A stretch of 64,000 bases of DNA, from assembly GCF_004010195.1 (NCBI RefSeq), contig NC_057751.1:18739543-18803542 (forward strand), given 5' to 3'. Numbering within the stretch: the first letter of the stretch is position 1; each line of letters begins with the position of its first letter. Position numbers and translations under genes: made by a program. Below, piece by piece: positions 1-13,109 of the stretch. The DNA is from Chiloscyllium plagiosum. Lineage: Eukaryota. The notes beneath the pieces were generated by a model. That model saw only the letters and a program-made list of their open reading frames with translations, searched no databases and was not told the origin of the DNA.

Positions 1-460
1 TTTTTAACAACCCTGTCCACCTGGGTGGCAATTTTAAGGGATCTATGTACCTGCACGCCAAGATCCCGCTGTTGCTCCACACTGCCAAGAATCCTGTCTT
101 TAATCCTGTACTCAACTTAAGTTTGACCTTCCAAAATGCATCACCTCGAAATTATCCAGGTTGAACTCCATCTGCCACCTCTCCGCCCATCTCTGCATCC
201 TGTCAATGTCACGCTGCAGCCTACAACAGTCCTCTATACTGTCAATGACACCTCCAACCTTTATGTCGTCTGCAAACTTGATAACCCATTCTTCAATCTC
301 CTTATCCACGTCATTAATAAAAATTACAAAGAATAGAGGCCCAAGAACAGAGCCCTATGGAACACCACTCACCACTGACTTCCAGGCAGGATATTTTCCT
401 TCCATTATCACTCGCTGTCTTCTGTCGACCAGCCAATTCTGTATCCAGAAAGCTAAATCT
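1..460 (-). mobile_element. CR1/HER1 LINE RT fragment
   Basis: WIQNWLVDRRQRV..WKSVVSGVP and KFADDIKVGG..RLQRDIDRMQRWAERWQMEFN. Confidence 0.9.
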
Positions 461-950
461 GATGAGAAGGATATATTTATACAAATCCCCACCAGGTTTT
501 TGCCTACCATGGGTTTGCTCTTCCTCACTCTCTTCCCACTAAGCTTACTTTCAGCCTTCATTTCTCTTCTCTTAAGTTGACTTTCCTTCCTAAGTGCCAA
601 TTTCTGAAGTTCAAACTCCCTCTCTTTCTTCCTTTGGTCTCTCTCTGTCTCTATTTTCTCTCCCTCTTTCTTTCTCTTCTCTCTCTCTTTCTCTCTCTCT
701 CTTTCTCTCTCTCTTTGTTATTGTTCTTCTAAAACGATTCTATCATTTTCTTTTTTGTTCTTCGAGAGTCTTGCGTTCTTTTTCTGATTCCTCTGCTTTT
801 AATCGTAGTTCAAACAATTTCATTTCTTGTCCCCTTTCTTTTTCTTTTGCCTATAACTCTAGCTGTTTCATTCTTAATTGAATTGTAGCTATCTCGAAAG
901 ATTGTGATGGTCTTTCCAGCAGATGTACATGCGGAGCTATAGCGGTAATT
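460..950 (-). mobile_element. Gypsy/Gmr1-like gag N-terminal coiled-coil fragment, including a (TC)n-like tract at about 620-715
   Basis: E/R/K-rich translation followed by QKPGGDLYKYI, which matches the FKYV motif that starts the 14490 fossil. Confidence 0.5.
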
Positions 951-1084
951 ATCTCTCCTTTCCAGACTCATTCCCCTACATTTACCCCTTCATCTAACAC
1001 TACGGGCAATTTAGCATGGCCAATACACCTAACCTGCACCAAATTTCTATTGAGCCTCTTGGAGGAATCTGTTCATTATTGGAA

Positions 1085-1550
1085 AGATTTGGAGAGGGTG
1101 CAGAGTAGATTTACCTGGATGCTGTCTGGACTAGAGAACATATCTGATGAAGAAAGGTTGAGGGACCACGGACTTTCCTTATTGAAACGAAGAAGATTGA
1201 GGAGTGACTTAATAGAAGTGTAGAAGGTTTTCAGAGGCAGGGATAGACTAGATAGGCAAATATTTTATTCCCCATGGCATAAATGTCCATCGCAAGGGGC
1301 AAAATTTAATACAGTTGGAGGAAGGTGCAGTGGAAATGTCAAAGGTAAGTTCTTTAAACAAAGAATGCTGGATGCGTGGAATGCCCTGCATGCAGTCGTA
1401 GTACAGTCAGATACATTAGAGACTTTTCAGCGACTCTTGGATAGGCACATGGATGACAGTACAGTGAACGGTACTTTGGTTAGACCGATTTTAGTGGAGG
1501 ACAAAATGAGGATTGAGGGCCAGAAGTGCCTGTCCTATGTTCTATGTACA
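1085..1550 (+). mobile_element. CR1 LINE 3' fragment
   Basis: ERVQSRFT..., WNALHAVVV and a ctatgttctatg tail. Confidence 0.8.
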
Positions 1551-3957
1551 CACAATTAAACATTTAGTAAGTGTTCCCTCATATTGATTCAGGTATCCAA
1601 ACCGAAGAAGGCTGTAGCACTGGGGAAGTCAAACAACAACATGACTTTTCTTCCCCATCGATGTCATCAACGCCAAATATATCTTGACGCATAGTAATTT
1701 AGGCAACCCAGTTCTTTAATTCGTCTGGTAACTTTTGATGAACGAGTTAAACATTAGATGGCCTGGTACCCTTAAACGAAACCAGACGTTTTCATCAACA
1801 ACTTTTAACCATGAGCAATTATTTCTGATCTCTCGTATAGGAGATGCCTGGAAGTATGTTTCTGACTGTCAGATCGTTGGGTATGTCCCGGTATGTTGGT
1901 TTCAGAGATCACTTTCCTCGAATTGGGGGCAGGTGGAAAATATCTCAGGCAAACAAATTAAAACTGGACTTCCTGGACGTGGAAAAAATGCAAGTACAAT
2001 TTAGAGACAACATATCATTAAAGTCGCCCTACTCCGACCAAATAACGGGTGCTCTGTCATTGAACAGACTTGACTAGTGGTGGTTAAACCTGAGAGTCAC
2101 CATGTCTCAGTTGAGGGGATAATTTGCACAGAAGAGTCCGTCTGGGTAATCTGAGCTGGAGGGAATTAAAGGTAAGCTTTTGACATCATCCCTCAGCACA
2201 AACGAGCCATTCAGCCAACCGAACATACAGATTCCTAATATTGGTAAATGATATCCTAAACTTTGAATGTAGCAGAGTGGAAACAGCACACTGAGCATGG
2301 GTAGTGTGCTTTGGAGTGATAGAGACTTTGTGAAGTGTGTCATTTACCGTTTTTTTAGGGAAACATTACCGAGTTTATTTGTACTTTTAACAGCTACAAA
2401 GATAAATATGATTAAGTGAAAAATTTAAAACTTCTGAACTTTGAGAAGTCATCCATCTTGTGGATAAAGTAAAATTAAACGGCAATTGCATTAAAGACGG
2501 AACACTAACCAAATGATAGGAACGATTTCAACAAACGTTCTTGCAGTTTCTTTGCGTCATCAATTATTTTATGGAGGGTTAAACTCATATTCAAAATTGA
2601 ATTTTCTTGGTTTTTATTTCAGGAGCTTTAAACAGAATGTAGGAACACTGCATCATTTGTGGCACAGAGGTGATCATTCAACCAATGATGTTTTAAAGAA
2701 GGAAGCATGTGTAAGGTATAGACAGGATAGATCGAATGAATCCTTAGAAGAGTATAAAGGAGTATACTTAAGAGGGAAATCAGGAGGGGGAAAATGGGAC
2801 ATGAAATAGCTTTAGCAAATAGAGTTAAGAAGAATTCTAAGGGTTTTTACAAATACATCAAAGATAAAAATTTAAATTGTGAGAGAATAAAGCCCCTCAA
2901 AGATCAGCAAGGCGGCCTTTGCGTGGAGCCGCAGAAAATGCGGGAGATACCGATTTAGCATCGGTATTTACTGTGGAAAAGGATATGGAAGATTTAGAAA
3001 GTAGCGTAATAGATGGTGGCACCTTGCAAAATGTCCACATTACAGAGGAGGAAGTGCTGGATGTCTTGAAACCATAGAGGTGAAGAAATCCCCAGATCCT
3101 GATCAGGTGTACCCTAGAACTCTATGGGCAGCTATAGAAGTGATTGCTGGGCCTCTTTTGAGATATTTGTATCACTGATAGTCACAGGTGAGGTGCCAGA
3201 AGGCTGGAGGTTGGCTAACATGGTGCCACTCTTTAAGAAGGGCGGTAAAGACAAGTCTGGGAATTGTAGAAATGTGAGCTTGACGTCGGTGGTGGGCAAG
3301 TTGTTGGAGGGAATCCTGAGGGATAGGATGTGCATGTATTTGGAAAGGCAATGACTGATTAATTTTAGTCAGCATGGCTTTGTGTGTGGGAATTCATGTC
3401 TTCCAAACTTGATTGAATTCTTTGAGGAAGTAACAAAGAGGATTGATGAGGCCAGAGCGGTAGATATGATCTATATGGACTTGAGTAAGGCGTTCGACAA
3501 GGTTCCCCAAGGCAAGCTGGTTAGCAAGGTTAGATCTCCTGGAATAAAGGGAGAACTAGCCATTTGGCTACATAACTGACTCAAAGGTGGTGGTGGAGGA
3601 TTGTTTTTCAGACTGGAGGCCTGTGACCTCCAGTGGACTGGAGTGCCACAAGGATCGGTGCACTCTACTTTTCGTCAGTTATATAAATGATTTGGATCCG
3701 AGCATAAGAGGTGCAGTTAGTAAGTTTGCAGGTGACACCAAAATTGGAGGTGTAGTGGACAGCGAAGAAGGTTACCTCAGATTGCAACAGGACCTTTACC
3801 ATATGGGCCAATGGACCGAGAATTGGCAGATGGAGTTCAATTCAGATAGGAAACCTTAGCAGGACTTATTCGCTTAATGGTAAGGTCCTAGAGAGTGTTG
3901 CTGAACAAAGAGACCTTGGAGTGCATGTTCATAGCTCCTTGACAGTGGAGTCGCAGG

Positions 3958-4181
3958 TTAGATTAAATTACTTACATTCCCCTCTTCACCTCATACTACA
4001 GGCAATTTAGCATGGCCAATTCACCTACCCTGCACATTTTTGGACTGTGGGAGGAAACTGGAGCACCCCACACAGACACGGGGAGAATGTGCAAACTCCA
4101 CACAGTCAGTCACCTGAACCGGGAACTGAACTGGCGCTGGCGCTGTGAGGCAGCAGTGCTTGCCACTGTGCCACTGTGCCA
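3958..4181 (-). mobile_element. HE1-type V-SINE inserted in CR1
   Basis: Reverse complement of the HE1 head and V-domain (tgtggagtttgcacattctccccgtgtctg). Confidence 0.85.
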
Positions 4182-4601
4182 ATAGGATAGTGAGGAAGGC
4201 GTTTGGAATACTTTCTTTTATTGTTCAGAGTATTGAATACAGCATTTGGGAGGTCATGTTGCCCCAGTACAGGATATTGGCTAGGCCACTGTTGGAATAC
4301 TGCGTGCAAGTCTGGTCTCCTTCCTATCGGAAAGATGTTGTGAAACTTGAAGGAATTCAGAAAAGATTTACAAAGATATTGCCGGGGTTGGAGGATTTGA
4401 GCTATAGGGAGAGGCTGAACAGGCTGGGACTGTTTTCCCTGGAGCGTCGGAGGCTGAGGGTTGACCTTATGGAGGTTGACAAAATTATAAGGGGCATGGA
4501 TAGGGTAAATAGCCAAAGTCTTTTCCCAGCGGTCGGTGAGTCCAGAACTAGAGGGCATGGGTTTAGAGTGAAAAAGGAAAGATATAAAAGGGACGTAAGG
4601 G

Positions 4602-5240
4602 TGTTTTAAAAAATTCTCAAGGTCAGGTTCGTAGGAGAGTAGTCTGACACAGAACAAACGACCAAGAGGCGAGTCTGCTAGAATATGGGCATTTTATTCC
4701 CCGCAGCGTCGCCACAACGGGTCTGGCTTATACTCACTCTACATGTTACCGGAACTGGGAGCCGTCAGTTCTCGTAGAGCGGTTGCCAACAACCCACGCT
4801 CGGCGGTTAAACGTAACCCCGGAGCAGACTCCCGGGTCTGGCTTATACTCACTCTACATGTTACCGGAACTGGGAGCCGTCAGTTCTCGTAGAGCGGTTG
4901 CCAACAACCCACGCTCGGCGGTTAAACGTAACCCCGGTGCAGACTCACCGAACTGGAGACTTTTCCAGGTGATATACTCTTTTCCAGATATAAACATTCA
5001 TGTGAACAGCAGAGCAAGGCTAAAAAACACATTCCATTCTGGTTACATACAGATAAGAAGATTCACACGGGGAGGTGTGTAATAAGATTCACACGGGACT
5101 AAGCAACACCTCCATTCCGGTTAGATTCACACATGTATTGGGACATAATTTTTAACCGTTTCACCACATTCCACTGCTTGGCCCAATACATGTGTTACAT
5201 TATGATTCACACATGTATTGGGACATAATTTTACACCACA
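4602..5240 (-). mobile_element. Solo LTR (ERV- or Gypsy-type), 639 bp, inserted in a CR1 LINE
   Basis: TG...CA termini and a 5-bp TSD AAGGG (4597-4601, 5241-5245); removing it restores the CR1 sequence. AATAAA on the - strand near 4693-4698. Internal 115-bp tandem duplication; CpGs intact. Confidence 0.85.
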
Positions 5241-5774
5241 AAGGGGCAACTTTTTCACAGAGGGTGCTACGTTTATGGAATGAGCTGCCAGAGGAAGTGG
5301 TGGAGGCTGGTACAATTGCGACATTTAAAAGGCATTTGAATGGGTATATGAATAGGAAGGGTTTGGAGGGATATGGGCCGGGTGCTGGCAGTTGGGACTC
5401 GATTGGATTGGAATATCTGGTCGGCATGGATGTGTTGGACTGAAAGGTTCCTTGCTGTACATCTGTAGGACTCTATGTGTCGTTTCTTAGTGGAAGTGAG
5501 TTGGAAGTCTTCTTTTTCCCTTCAAGTGCCCAGGCATTTTGCTTCTGTTTAGATTTTACTTTCATACTGTGAATTACACGTTATTCGAACTTGTAGCTGA
5601 AAGAAAAACAAATGTGTTCATGCCTGTATTACAGCACGGAAAATACACGATATGTTTTTCCAATCCCTGTCAGCAGTTGCTATGACACACTTATTGACGA
5701 CTGCTGACAATGATAGATATAAGGACTTCTTCGATTTTCCACCATTTACCGTCACTTAGCCAATTGTCCTCTAT

Positions 5775-5905
5775 GGAGAAGGTCAGGAATGCAGATCCTG
5801 GAGATCAGAGTCGAAAAGTGCGGTTCTGCCAAAGCATAACAGGTCAGGCAGCATACGTGTAACAGTAGTGTCGATGATTGGGCATAAGCTCTTCATCAGG
5901 AATGC
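5775..5905 (-). mobile_element. Degenerate Penelope-tail/hammerhead copy
   Basis: Aligns by eye to 20511-20640. The CTGATGA core is kept but GAAA is disrupted. Confidence 0.6.
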
Positions 5906-6739
5906 CAATGGGGAAGGGGTCTAGGGTTTAAATAGGAATAGGGTGGCCTAGGATGATCGACATAATTCTTATTTAGGCTGTAAGGGTTATCACATTAACT
6001 ACTCCATGCCTTCTAGTTATTGATCCCCATCTTCATGGAGATGTCTCATCATCTGTATTGCCATAACAATTTTGAACACTTCAACATTATTGCCTTCAGA
6101 CTTTCTCACAAAAACGAATGTTCATGTACCTATCTTCATTTATGAGGCACTCTCGATTGACAGAATCCTAGTAAACCTCCTCTGCATCCACTATGATTCC
6201 AATCAGAACTTGGCAAGCATGCGCTGACCAGAACTTCACACAACACTACTGAAATGGCCAAACCAAATTCGAACATGCCGGACAGGAATCCATCATCAGC
6301 TCTTTGCTTTTGTGATCGGTGCCTCAGCTGTTTGAGGGAAATATATGCATGGAAACAGGAAACCTGGCAAACCAAAGGAAACTCTAATGAAATGTGGTCG
6401 GAAATTATGAACAATTACGACATGAACAATGCAACATTTCTGAATACGAGAAATGGCCTGTCATTATGATGAATAGGGATGGATACTCGTTGAGTTAGAA
6501 TGCTGCCTTAGAATGTTTTCTGTTGTGGACAAAACCAAGGTTATATCAATGAACGATCTTTGACCAGTATATCGAAGCTCCTGAGATTTTGTTTTAAATA
6601 ATCTATCACATCAACTGGCATCACAAGCAGTATCCTTTCATGGGATCATTTAAAAACCTCTGCATTGCAGTGAGCATATTTTATTTATCATTTCTTTTAG
6701 TATAGTAAGTCTGCAAACAATCCAATCAAACCGTGTATC

Positions 6740-7545
6740 ATAGAATATAGAACAGTACAGAACAGTCCAAGACCTTCAGCCCTCGATGTTGTACCAACAT
6801 TTTATCGTACTCTCAGATCAAACTATCTTTCATGTCCTACATTTTACTGTCATCCATTTGCGTGTCCAAGAGTTGCTTGAATGTCACTAAAGTAACTCAT
6901 TGTAGTCCCATTTCTAGCAGTGCATTCCACACAGCCACCACTTGCTGTGTAAAGAACATCTGACATCTCTAAACACCTTAAGGTTATGCCCCCTTGTGAC
7001 AGTGTCTAGTTAAAAAAAAGTCTCTGACTATCCACACTCTATCTATGCCTCTCATCATCTTGCACGCCTCGATAACGTTACCTCTCATACATCTTCGAGC
7101 CAATGAGAAAATCTCTAGCTCCCTCAAGAATTCTTCATCAGATGAGACCTCCAGTCGAAACAGCATCCTGGTAAAACTCCACTGCACTGTCTCTAAAGTT
7201 TCCATATCTCTCCTCTAATAGGGAGACTATAAATGAACACAATATTCCAAGTGTAGTCTTTAAAGAGCTTCAGGGTAACCTTGTGGCACTTCAATTCAAT
7301 CCCCTTGCTAATAAAATCCAACAAATCATGCGCCTTCTTAGCAACCTTAACATCTTGGGTGTCTGTTTTGAGGAATCTATGAACATGGACACAAAGATCT
7401 CTTTGTTCCCCCACGCTGCCAAGAATCCTGTCTTTAACCTAGAAATCTGCATTCAAATTCAACATTGAAAAATCAATCACTTCACAGTTTGCAGGTTGAA
7501 CTCCATCTGCACCTCGCAGCCCAACTCTGAATGCTATCAATGTTG
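6740..7545 (-). mobile_element. CR1 LINE 3' fragment
   Basis: QRDLCVHVHR, LETVQWSFTRM and a tagaatatagaac tail. Confidence 0.8.
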
Positions 7546-10099
7546 CGTTGCAGTCAAGTGTTAAAAGTATCTAAACGATACTGAAAGAGCACTGGCAACA
7601 GGATGTATTTACTGAAGCCGTTGAATGCTAAGCTGCATCCGTCATTGGACAATCCACACTCAGGCCTATGACGTGAAAGGAGACAAATCTGCATGACCAT
7701 AAACAGACAGGTATGATGCCAGAATAATTCTGGATTTACTGAGCTGGGACCAAATGCACATCAGAACATACCTGCATTGGAGCAAACGGGCTGGCGAAGG
7801 GGTAATTCGGGAAAGCTGCACAGGCTCAAGCAAGAGAACATTAAATAAACAAGAGTAAGTAGATGTACTGATCTGAGGACTTAACACAGAGGGTCAGGAA
7901 GGAGAATGCCTGGTGCAAAGAAATTCGTAAAAGTTATGGACTTTGATTTGGGAGCCGAAGGTTGCACCATGAGTTTCATAACGGAATGTCAAACAAAATG
8001 AATTTAACAAAAATGCAGAAGTTTGTTTGAGAACAATGTAGCATCCCTGCAGAATAGGCAAATTTGGCAGTTCCGCCAAAATAAGGATGATGATCATTAT
8101 TCATGCGCATTTACAATTGGTTTGACAAAAACAAAAAAAAGATCCTCGAGAGGGTATGGCTGATGGATGCAGCTTCTGACGAGTACAGTGAGGACCGAGG
8201 GCCGGAATAAGCCTTGCACACTCCTGACGTGTCTGCCCTTCTCCAACGTTAGTCTGATTTATTGTGCACGGAGACTCTCTTCGTACTCTTTTTGCTGGGC
8301 AGTGAAGTACCACAAGCAGAATGCATTCGGTTGGAGCTCTTATTGCTTCATTCACTTTGTTTTCCATGTCAAATAGGTATGTTTGAAGGGGATGATCAGG
8401 AACAGAAACCCAGAAAATGTCCTGCGGCTGGATATTCCTTGAATCTCTTTTGCCTTGTTTAGCTCTTGGCTTCTGGAGTCAACGATGAAGCTTTGCAGTG
8501 CCCAATGCCAGTGTTTCACCAGCTCTGGGAGTCCCCAGGAACTTTGACAAAGTCAACAGGCGAGGATTCTATGAGAACAGTGATGTCAATCTGCTTCGTG
8601 ACTAGATAAAATGGTAAATAAATGTAAAACTGGAGAAAGAATGGTCTTAAAAGTTAAATGAAACGGTTTCTAAATGAATGTGTGCTATATTCTGAAAGGA
8701 AACTTTTGTGGCTTTAATCAACAAATTGAGGGTAAAGCGTATGATTTGATGATCATTACTGAGACATGTCTGTAGGGTGACCAATAGCTGGTTCGGAACA
8801 TCCAGAGAACTCTGCATTTAAGATGTAAAGTTGCACGCTTGAATAAGAGATGGCAGCAGAACGTTCACAAGAGACTATCTTGGGTGAAGCGATTAAAGTC
8901 TTGGCTGAGACTTTTTCTGAAGAAGTATGAGTCAGGTCAATTTTGAGTGAGTGATTTTCAAAGTGACGCAGAGGGGATCGAGCAAAATTCTGCGTCAATT
9001 GCCATTGAAGTTCTCGCAGAAGGAATCAAGTTGTATTTCCGCCACATCATACGACATGCAAACCATATGGTGTCTCGCCATTCAACAGAGATTCTGAAAT
9101 GAACGGACTTGCTGATAATGGTGCCATCTTAAAAATCCGATTGTGCACCCAGAAATCAGCGTGGATCCGCTCTGTATGATTCTAGACATTGGTCCTGCAC
9201 GTGGCAGATGGTGAGAAAGTAGTGACACACTTTTATGGATTATATCAGACGGCCTCAAAATGATTTTAGCAAGTGAACGAGGTCCTATCTTTTTATTATT
9301 AAAGACAAATAAGAAGTGACAGTTCCAGATACTTTTGAACTGTTCAAATTACTCGACATTTAGGAAAACACAATTTACTTAAACACTCTGGTCAAAATAG
9401 AACAAAGGGAAAAGGAGTTTAAAGTAAATTAACTCGACTGGAAAACTTGACTATATAATAAATATTGTAACTAACACTAATTAATTGTTCCAACATAGCA
9501 ACATCCCAAAAACACAAACTTTGTCAAAAAGCATAACTCAGACACAGTTTCACACATGCCATTATCCACTCTGGGAGGAAAGAACAGTAAGAAACTATTT
9601 TGTCACAGTAGTGTTATGAAGGTGAAGAAGCATATTGTATCTTGAAGAGAGTGAAGGATTTGGCAAGCACAGCGAGTGCTACATAATTTAAAAAGTAACA
9701 TTAGATTCTGAACAATTGGCACTGGCTGAGTTGCTATAAGCCAAAAATCAAACTCGAATTCGTCCAATCAGTTTAGTTTATACCGCAAAAATAACAAATC
9801 CAACCAAGTTTGAATTTAGTATTTTGACAATCTTAAAAGCCAATGGTACAATCTGATGCTTTGTGGTTATAAGACCAGTGAAAATTGAACAGTTGGGAAG
9901 AGAACTGCCCAGCCAGCGAGTGGACACTGTCCGAAAAATAACTCGATTAAAAGTAACTTTATCGAACAGTAACTTGTGAAGCAGAATCCACAAGAGGAAG
10001 AAAAGAAGACAGGAATACAGTAAAGAACCGAAAGCTGCCTCGTTTTGAGATATGAAGTTTTGTTTTGTAAAACCTATTCAGGTGTATTATTGGATTAGT

Positions 10100-11510
10100 G
10101 TTATAGAAGGGAAGAAAAAAGATAATTCTTTCAAGAGGTAACAATTAGGTTAGACCAGGGAAACCCAGTGGATTTTATCTACCTATACTTCCAAAAGGCC
10201 TTTGATAAGGTGCCTCAGGGGAGTCTGCTGAGTAAGGTGAGGGAACATAGTGTTCGAGGTGAGATACTGGCATGGATTGACGATTGGCTGTCTGAAAGAA
10301 GGCAGGAGGTGGGATAACAGGTTGTTCACTTTATATATCAATGATCTAGACGAGGGGACTGGCGGCAATCTGGCGACGTTCGCCGATGATACGAAGTTCG
10401 GAGGACAGGCAGGTAGTTCTGAGAAACTGGGGAGGCTACATATATTTTGAGTTTAAGAAAGTGGTCCAATAAATGGCTGATGAAATTGAATGTGAGCAAT
10501 TGTGAGGCCTTTAACTTTGGAAAAAACAACACAGGCTTAGACTATTTTCTAAACAGTGAGAAAATTCATAAAGCCAAAGCACAAAGGGATCTCGGAGTGT
10601 TAGTACAGGATTCTCCAAAGTTTGACTTGCAGGTTGAGTCACGGGTTAAGAAAGCAATTATAATATTGACATTTTTCTCTGGAGGGTTGCAATATAAACA
10701 CAATGATGTGTTACTGAGTCTTTACAAAGCTCTGGTAAGGCCCCATTTAGAATACTCGGCCCAGTAGGTACCCACACATCAGGAAGGACATAATGGCACT
10801 GGCGTGTCTAGTGGAGATTCACATAGATGATCCCTGAAATGGTCAGCCTAACGTACGATGAACGGCCGAGGATCATGGGATGGTATTCATTAGAGTTTAG
10901 AGGATTGAGGGGAGATCTATTAGAAACGTAAAAAATAATGTATGGCTTAGAAAGGGTGAACACTGGGAAACTGTTTCCATCAGGCTGGGATACTTGGATG
11001 CGTGGACACTGCCTTAGAATGAGTGGGTGTCAATTTAGAATGGAAATAAGGAAACACTTCCTCAGCTAGAGAGAAGTGGGCGTTTGGAATTCATTGCCAT
11101 GCAACGCAGTGGAGGCTGGGAAGTTAAATGTATTCAACGGGGTGGTTGGTATAGGACAGATGTTAGGGGTAGGTTCTTTACTCAGCGAGTCGTGAGTTCG
11201 TGGAATGCCCTGCCAGTAGCAGTGGTGGACTCTCTCTCTTTATGGGCATTTAAGCGGGCATTGGATAGGTATATGGAGGATAGTGGGCTAGTGTAGGTTA
11301 GGTGGGCTTGGATCGGCGCAACATCGAGGGCCGAAGGGCTGTATTCTTCTATGTTCTATGTTCTAACACAAAGATTGATAAATTCTTAATCTCGCAAGGA
11401 ATTAAGCAATATGGGGAGAGTGCAGATAAGTAGCGTTGCAATGCCATCAGCCATGATTGAGTGGCAGAGTGGACTGGATGTGCCGAATGGCCTTGGTTCA
11501 ACTCCTAGTT
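10100..11510 (+). mobile_element. CR1 LINE RT to 3' fragment, with a younger CR1 3' end nested at about 11138-11365
   Basis: FQKAFDKVP, YINDLDEG..FADDTKFGG and LYKALVRPHLEY. The nested copy ends ttctatgttctatgttct. Confidence 0.85.
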
Positions 11511-12559
11511 CTGTGGTTTTATTGTCTTACGTGTTAGAGGAAGAAGTTGTAAATACTTGTTAGTTAAATACTTTGTTAATCTTCAAAAATAAAGTTTTTA
11601 ATTTTTTCTTTAAAGAGTTCTCCGCCACTCGAATTTTCACAGATTACTGCACAGGATCAAGCATTTCTGTGTTGCTGGTTTTCAACTCGCTGAGGGGTCT
11701 ACCCCATAACATAACAGCAGCAGTGAGGAGACATTCATTGAAGTTTCCAAGTCTGTTGAGACCACAGATTCCTTCCGCTGCTACTGAAAGAAAAACAAAA
11801 TAAATAAATCCTAATGTGTGAGACGTGGCCACAAATATTCAGGCTATTTAAATGGGACCAAGACCTCCCAGCATCGTCATACCTTTAAAAGAACAGTCAA
11901 TACACAAAGATGGTTGCATTTGTAAAACTACTTTGCTTACTCTATCCAGGCACTACAATATGTTTACAGTGCATTGACGCTAAGCCTGCTAACATTCACT
12001 AGATCAATCTGTTTCAGTCTTTTCTTGATCCCTGTCATCGAACTTCCCCGTCTTTTTTCACCAAAGGCACGAAAATGCTTTGGTCATTGCACGTTCGCTC
12101 ATCCTGGTACATGTATAATTTTCAATTTGAACTGCTGCAATAATAATCACCATGTAGCAGTCTGCAATTTTTGTATTTAAGCTTCTCCAAAAACGTTCAG
12201 AGTATATGATCAGTATATACAATTGAATCGGACAGATTACAGGCAATATAAGTGTTGAAAGGTTTCAACACCAACACCGTGCTCAATGCTTCCATTGGAA
12301 ACATGTAATATCTCCAATGATGATCATTCAACTTTCTTGAAAAAACACCCAGTAGATCTTTGTACTTTCTTCATCGAAAAATCTGTGTCTGGAAAGCACA
12401 GCAGTTCAGGCAGCATACAAGGAGTCGTAGAATCTTGTTTCCCCTGCCTTCTATTTTCCAAACAAATTCGCCATATTCTGTTTTCAGGTCCTCATCACTT
12501 TCCCAACTTAAAAATTTGGTACTGAAGTGTACCGAAATTTCTGTCAGTTCGACACCACT

Positions 12560-13100
12560 TAAGAATCTGGTAGACTCGATGTGAGACATCCCTGACATTG
12601 GCACCCAGGAGGCAACATAATACATTTTGAGTCTCATTCGCGGCCACAGAATCTCCTGTGTGTTCTTCTTATGATTGAATCTCTTATCACTATCGTTCTG
12701 CTCTTCTCCCCCTATCCGCTTCCCGTTTCAGTCACAAAGCCAGACTCCGAGCCAGAAACCTGGCCGTTGTGGCTTTCCTCTGGTAGGTTATCCTCCCCAA
12801 ACATATTCAAAACAGCAGACATATGATTGAAGGTAATGGCACGGTTTGTCTGCTCGCTTTTCTTCTCCTGATGGTCACCCAGCTATCTATATCCTGTAAC
12901 TGAGGTGTGACTACCTCCCTTGACCTCTTCTCTATCATTCCCTCAGCCTCCCGAAATATGTCAATTTCATCTGGCTGCAGCTCTTGTTCCCAAATGCGGC
13001 CTGTGAGGAATTGGAATTGGATGCACTTCTCCCAGGCGAAGTAGCGGGGACACCCGTGGTGAACCTTACCTCCCACATCCTGCAAGAGGAGCATAAGGCA
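12560..13100 (-). mobile_element. CR1 ORF1 (esterase-type) fragment
   Basis: KCIQFQFLTGRI, SWVTIRRRK and CLLGANVRDVS remnants. Confidence 0.6.
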
Positions 13101-13109
13101 GGAACGTTC

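Larger units (their letters stand above)
2697..5480 (+). mobile_element. CR1/HER1 LINE ORF2 (RT to 3' end), interrupted by a SINE and a solo LTR
   Basis: VPLFKKG, YMDLSKAFDKVP, SKFAGDTKIGG, RPLLEYCVQVWSP, LFSLERRRLR and WNELPEEVV. Confidence 0.92.

Noticed and set aside
4718..4946. CRISPR-like or satellite array
   Set aside because: It is a two-unit tandem duplication inside an LTR, has no spacers, and the context is eukaryotic.
9220..9870. Possible old LTR
   Set aside because: The composition is suggestive, but no TG...CA termini or TSD could be fixed.
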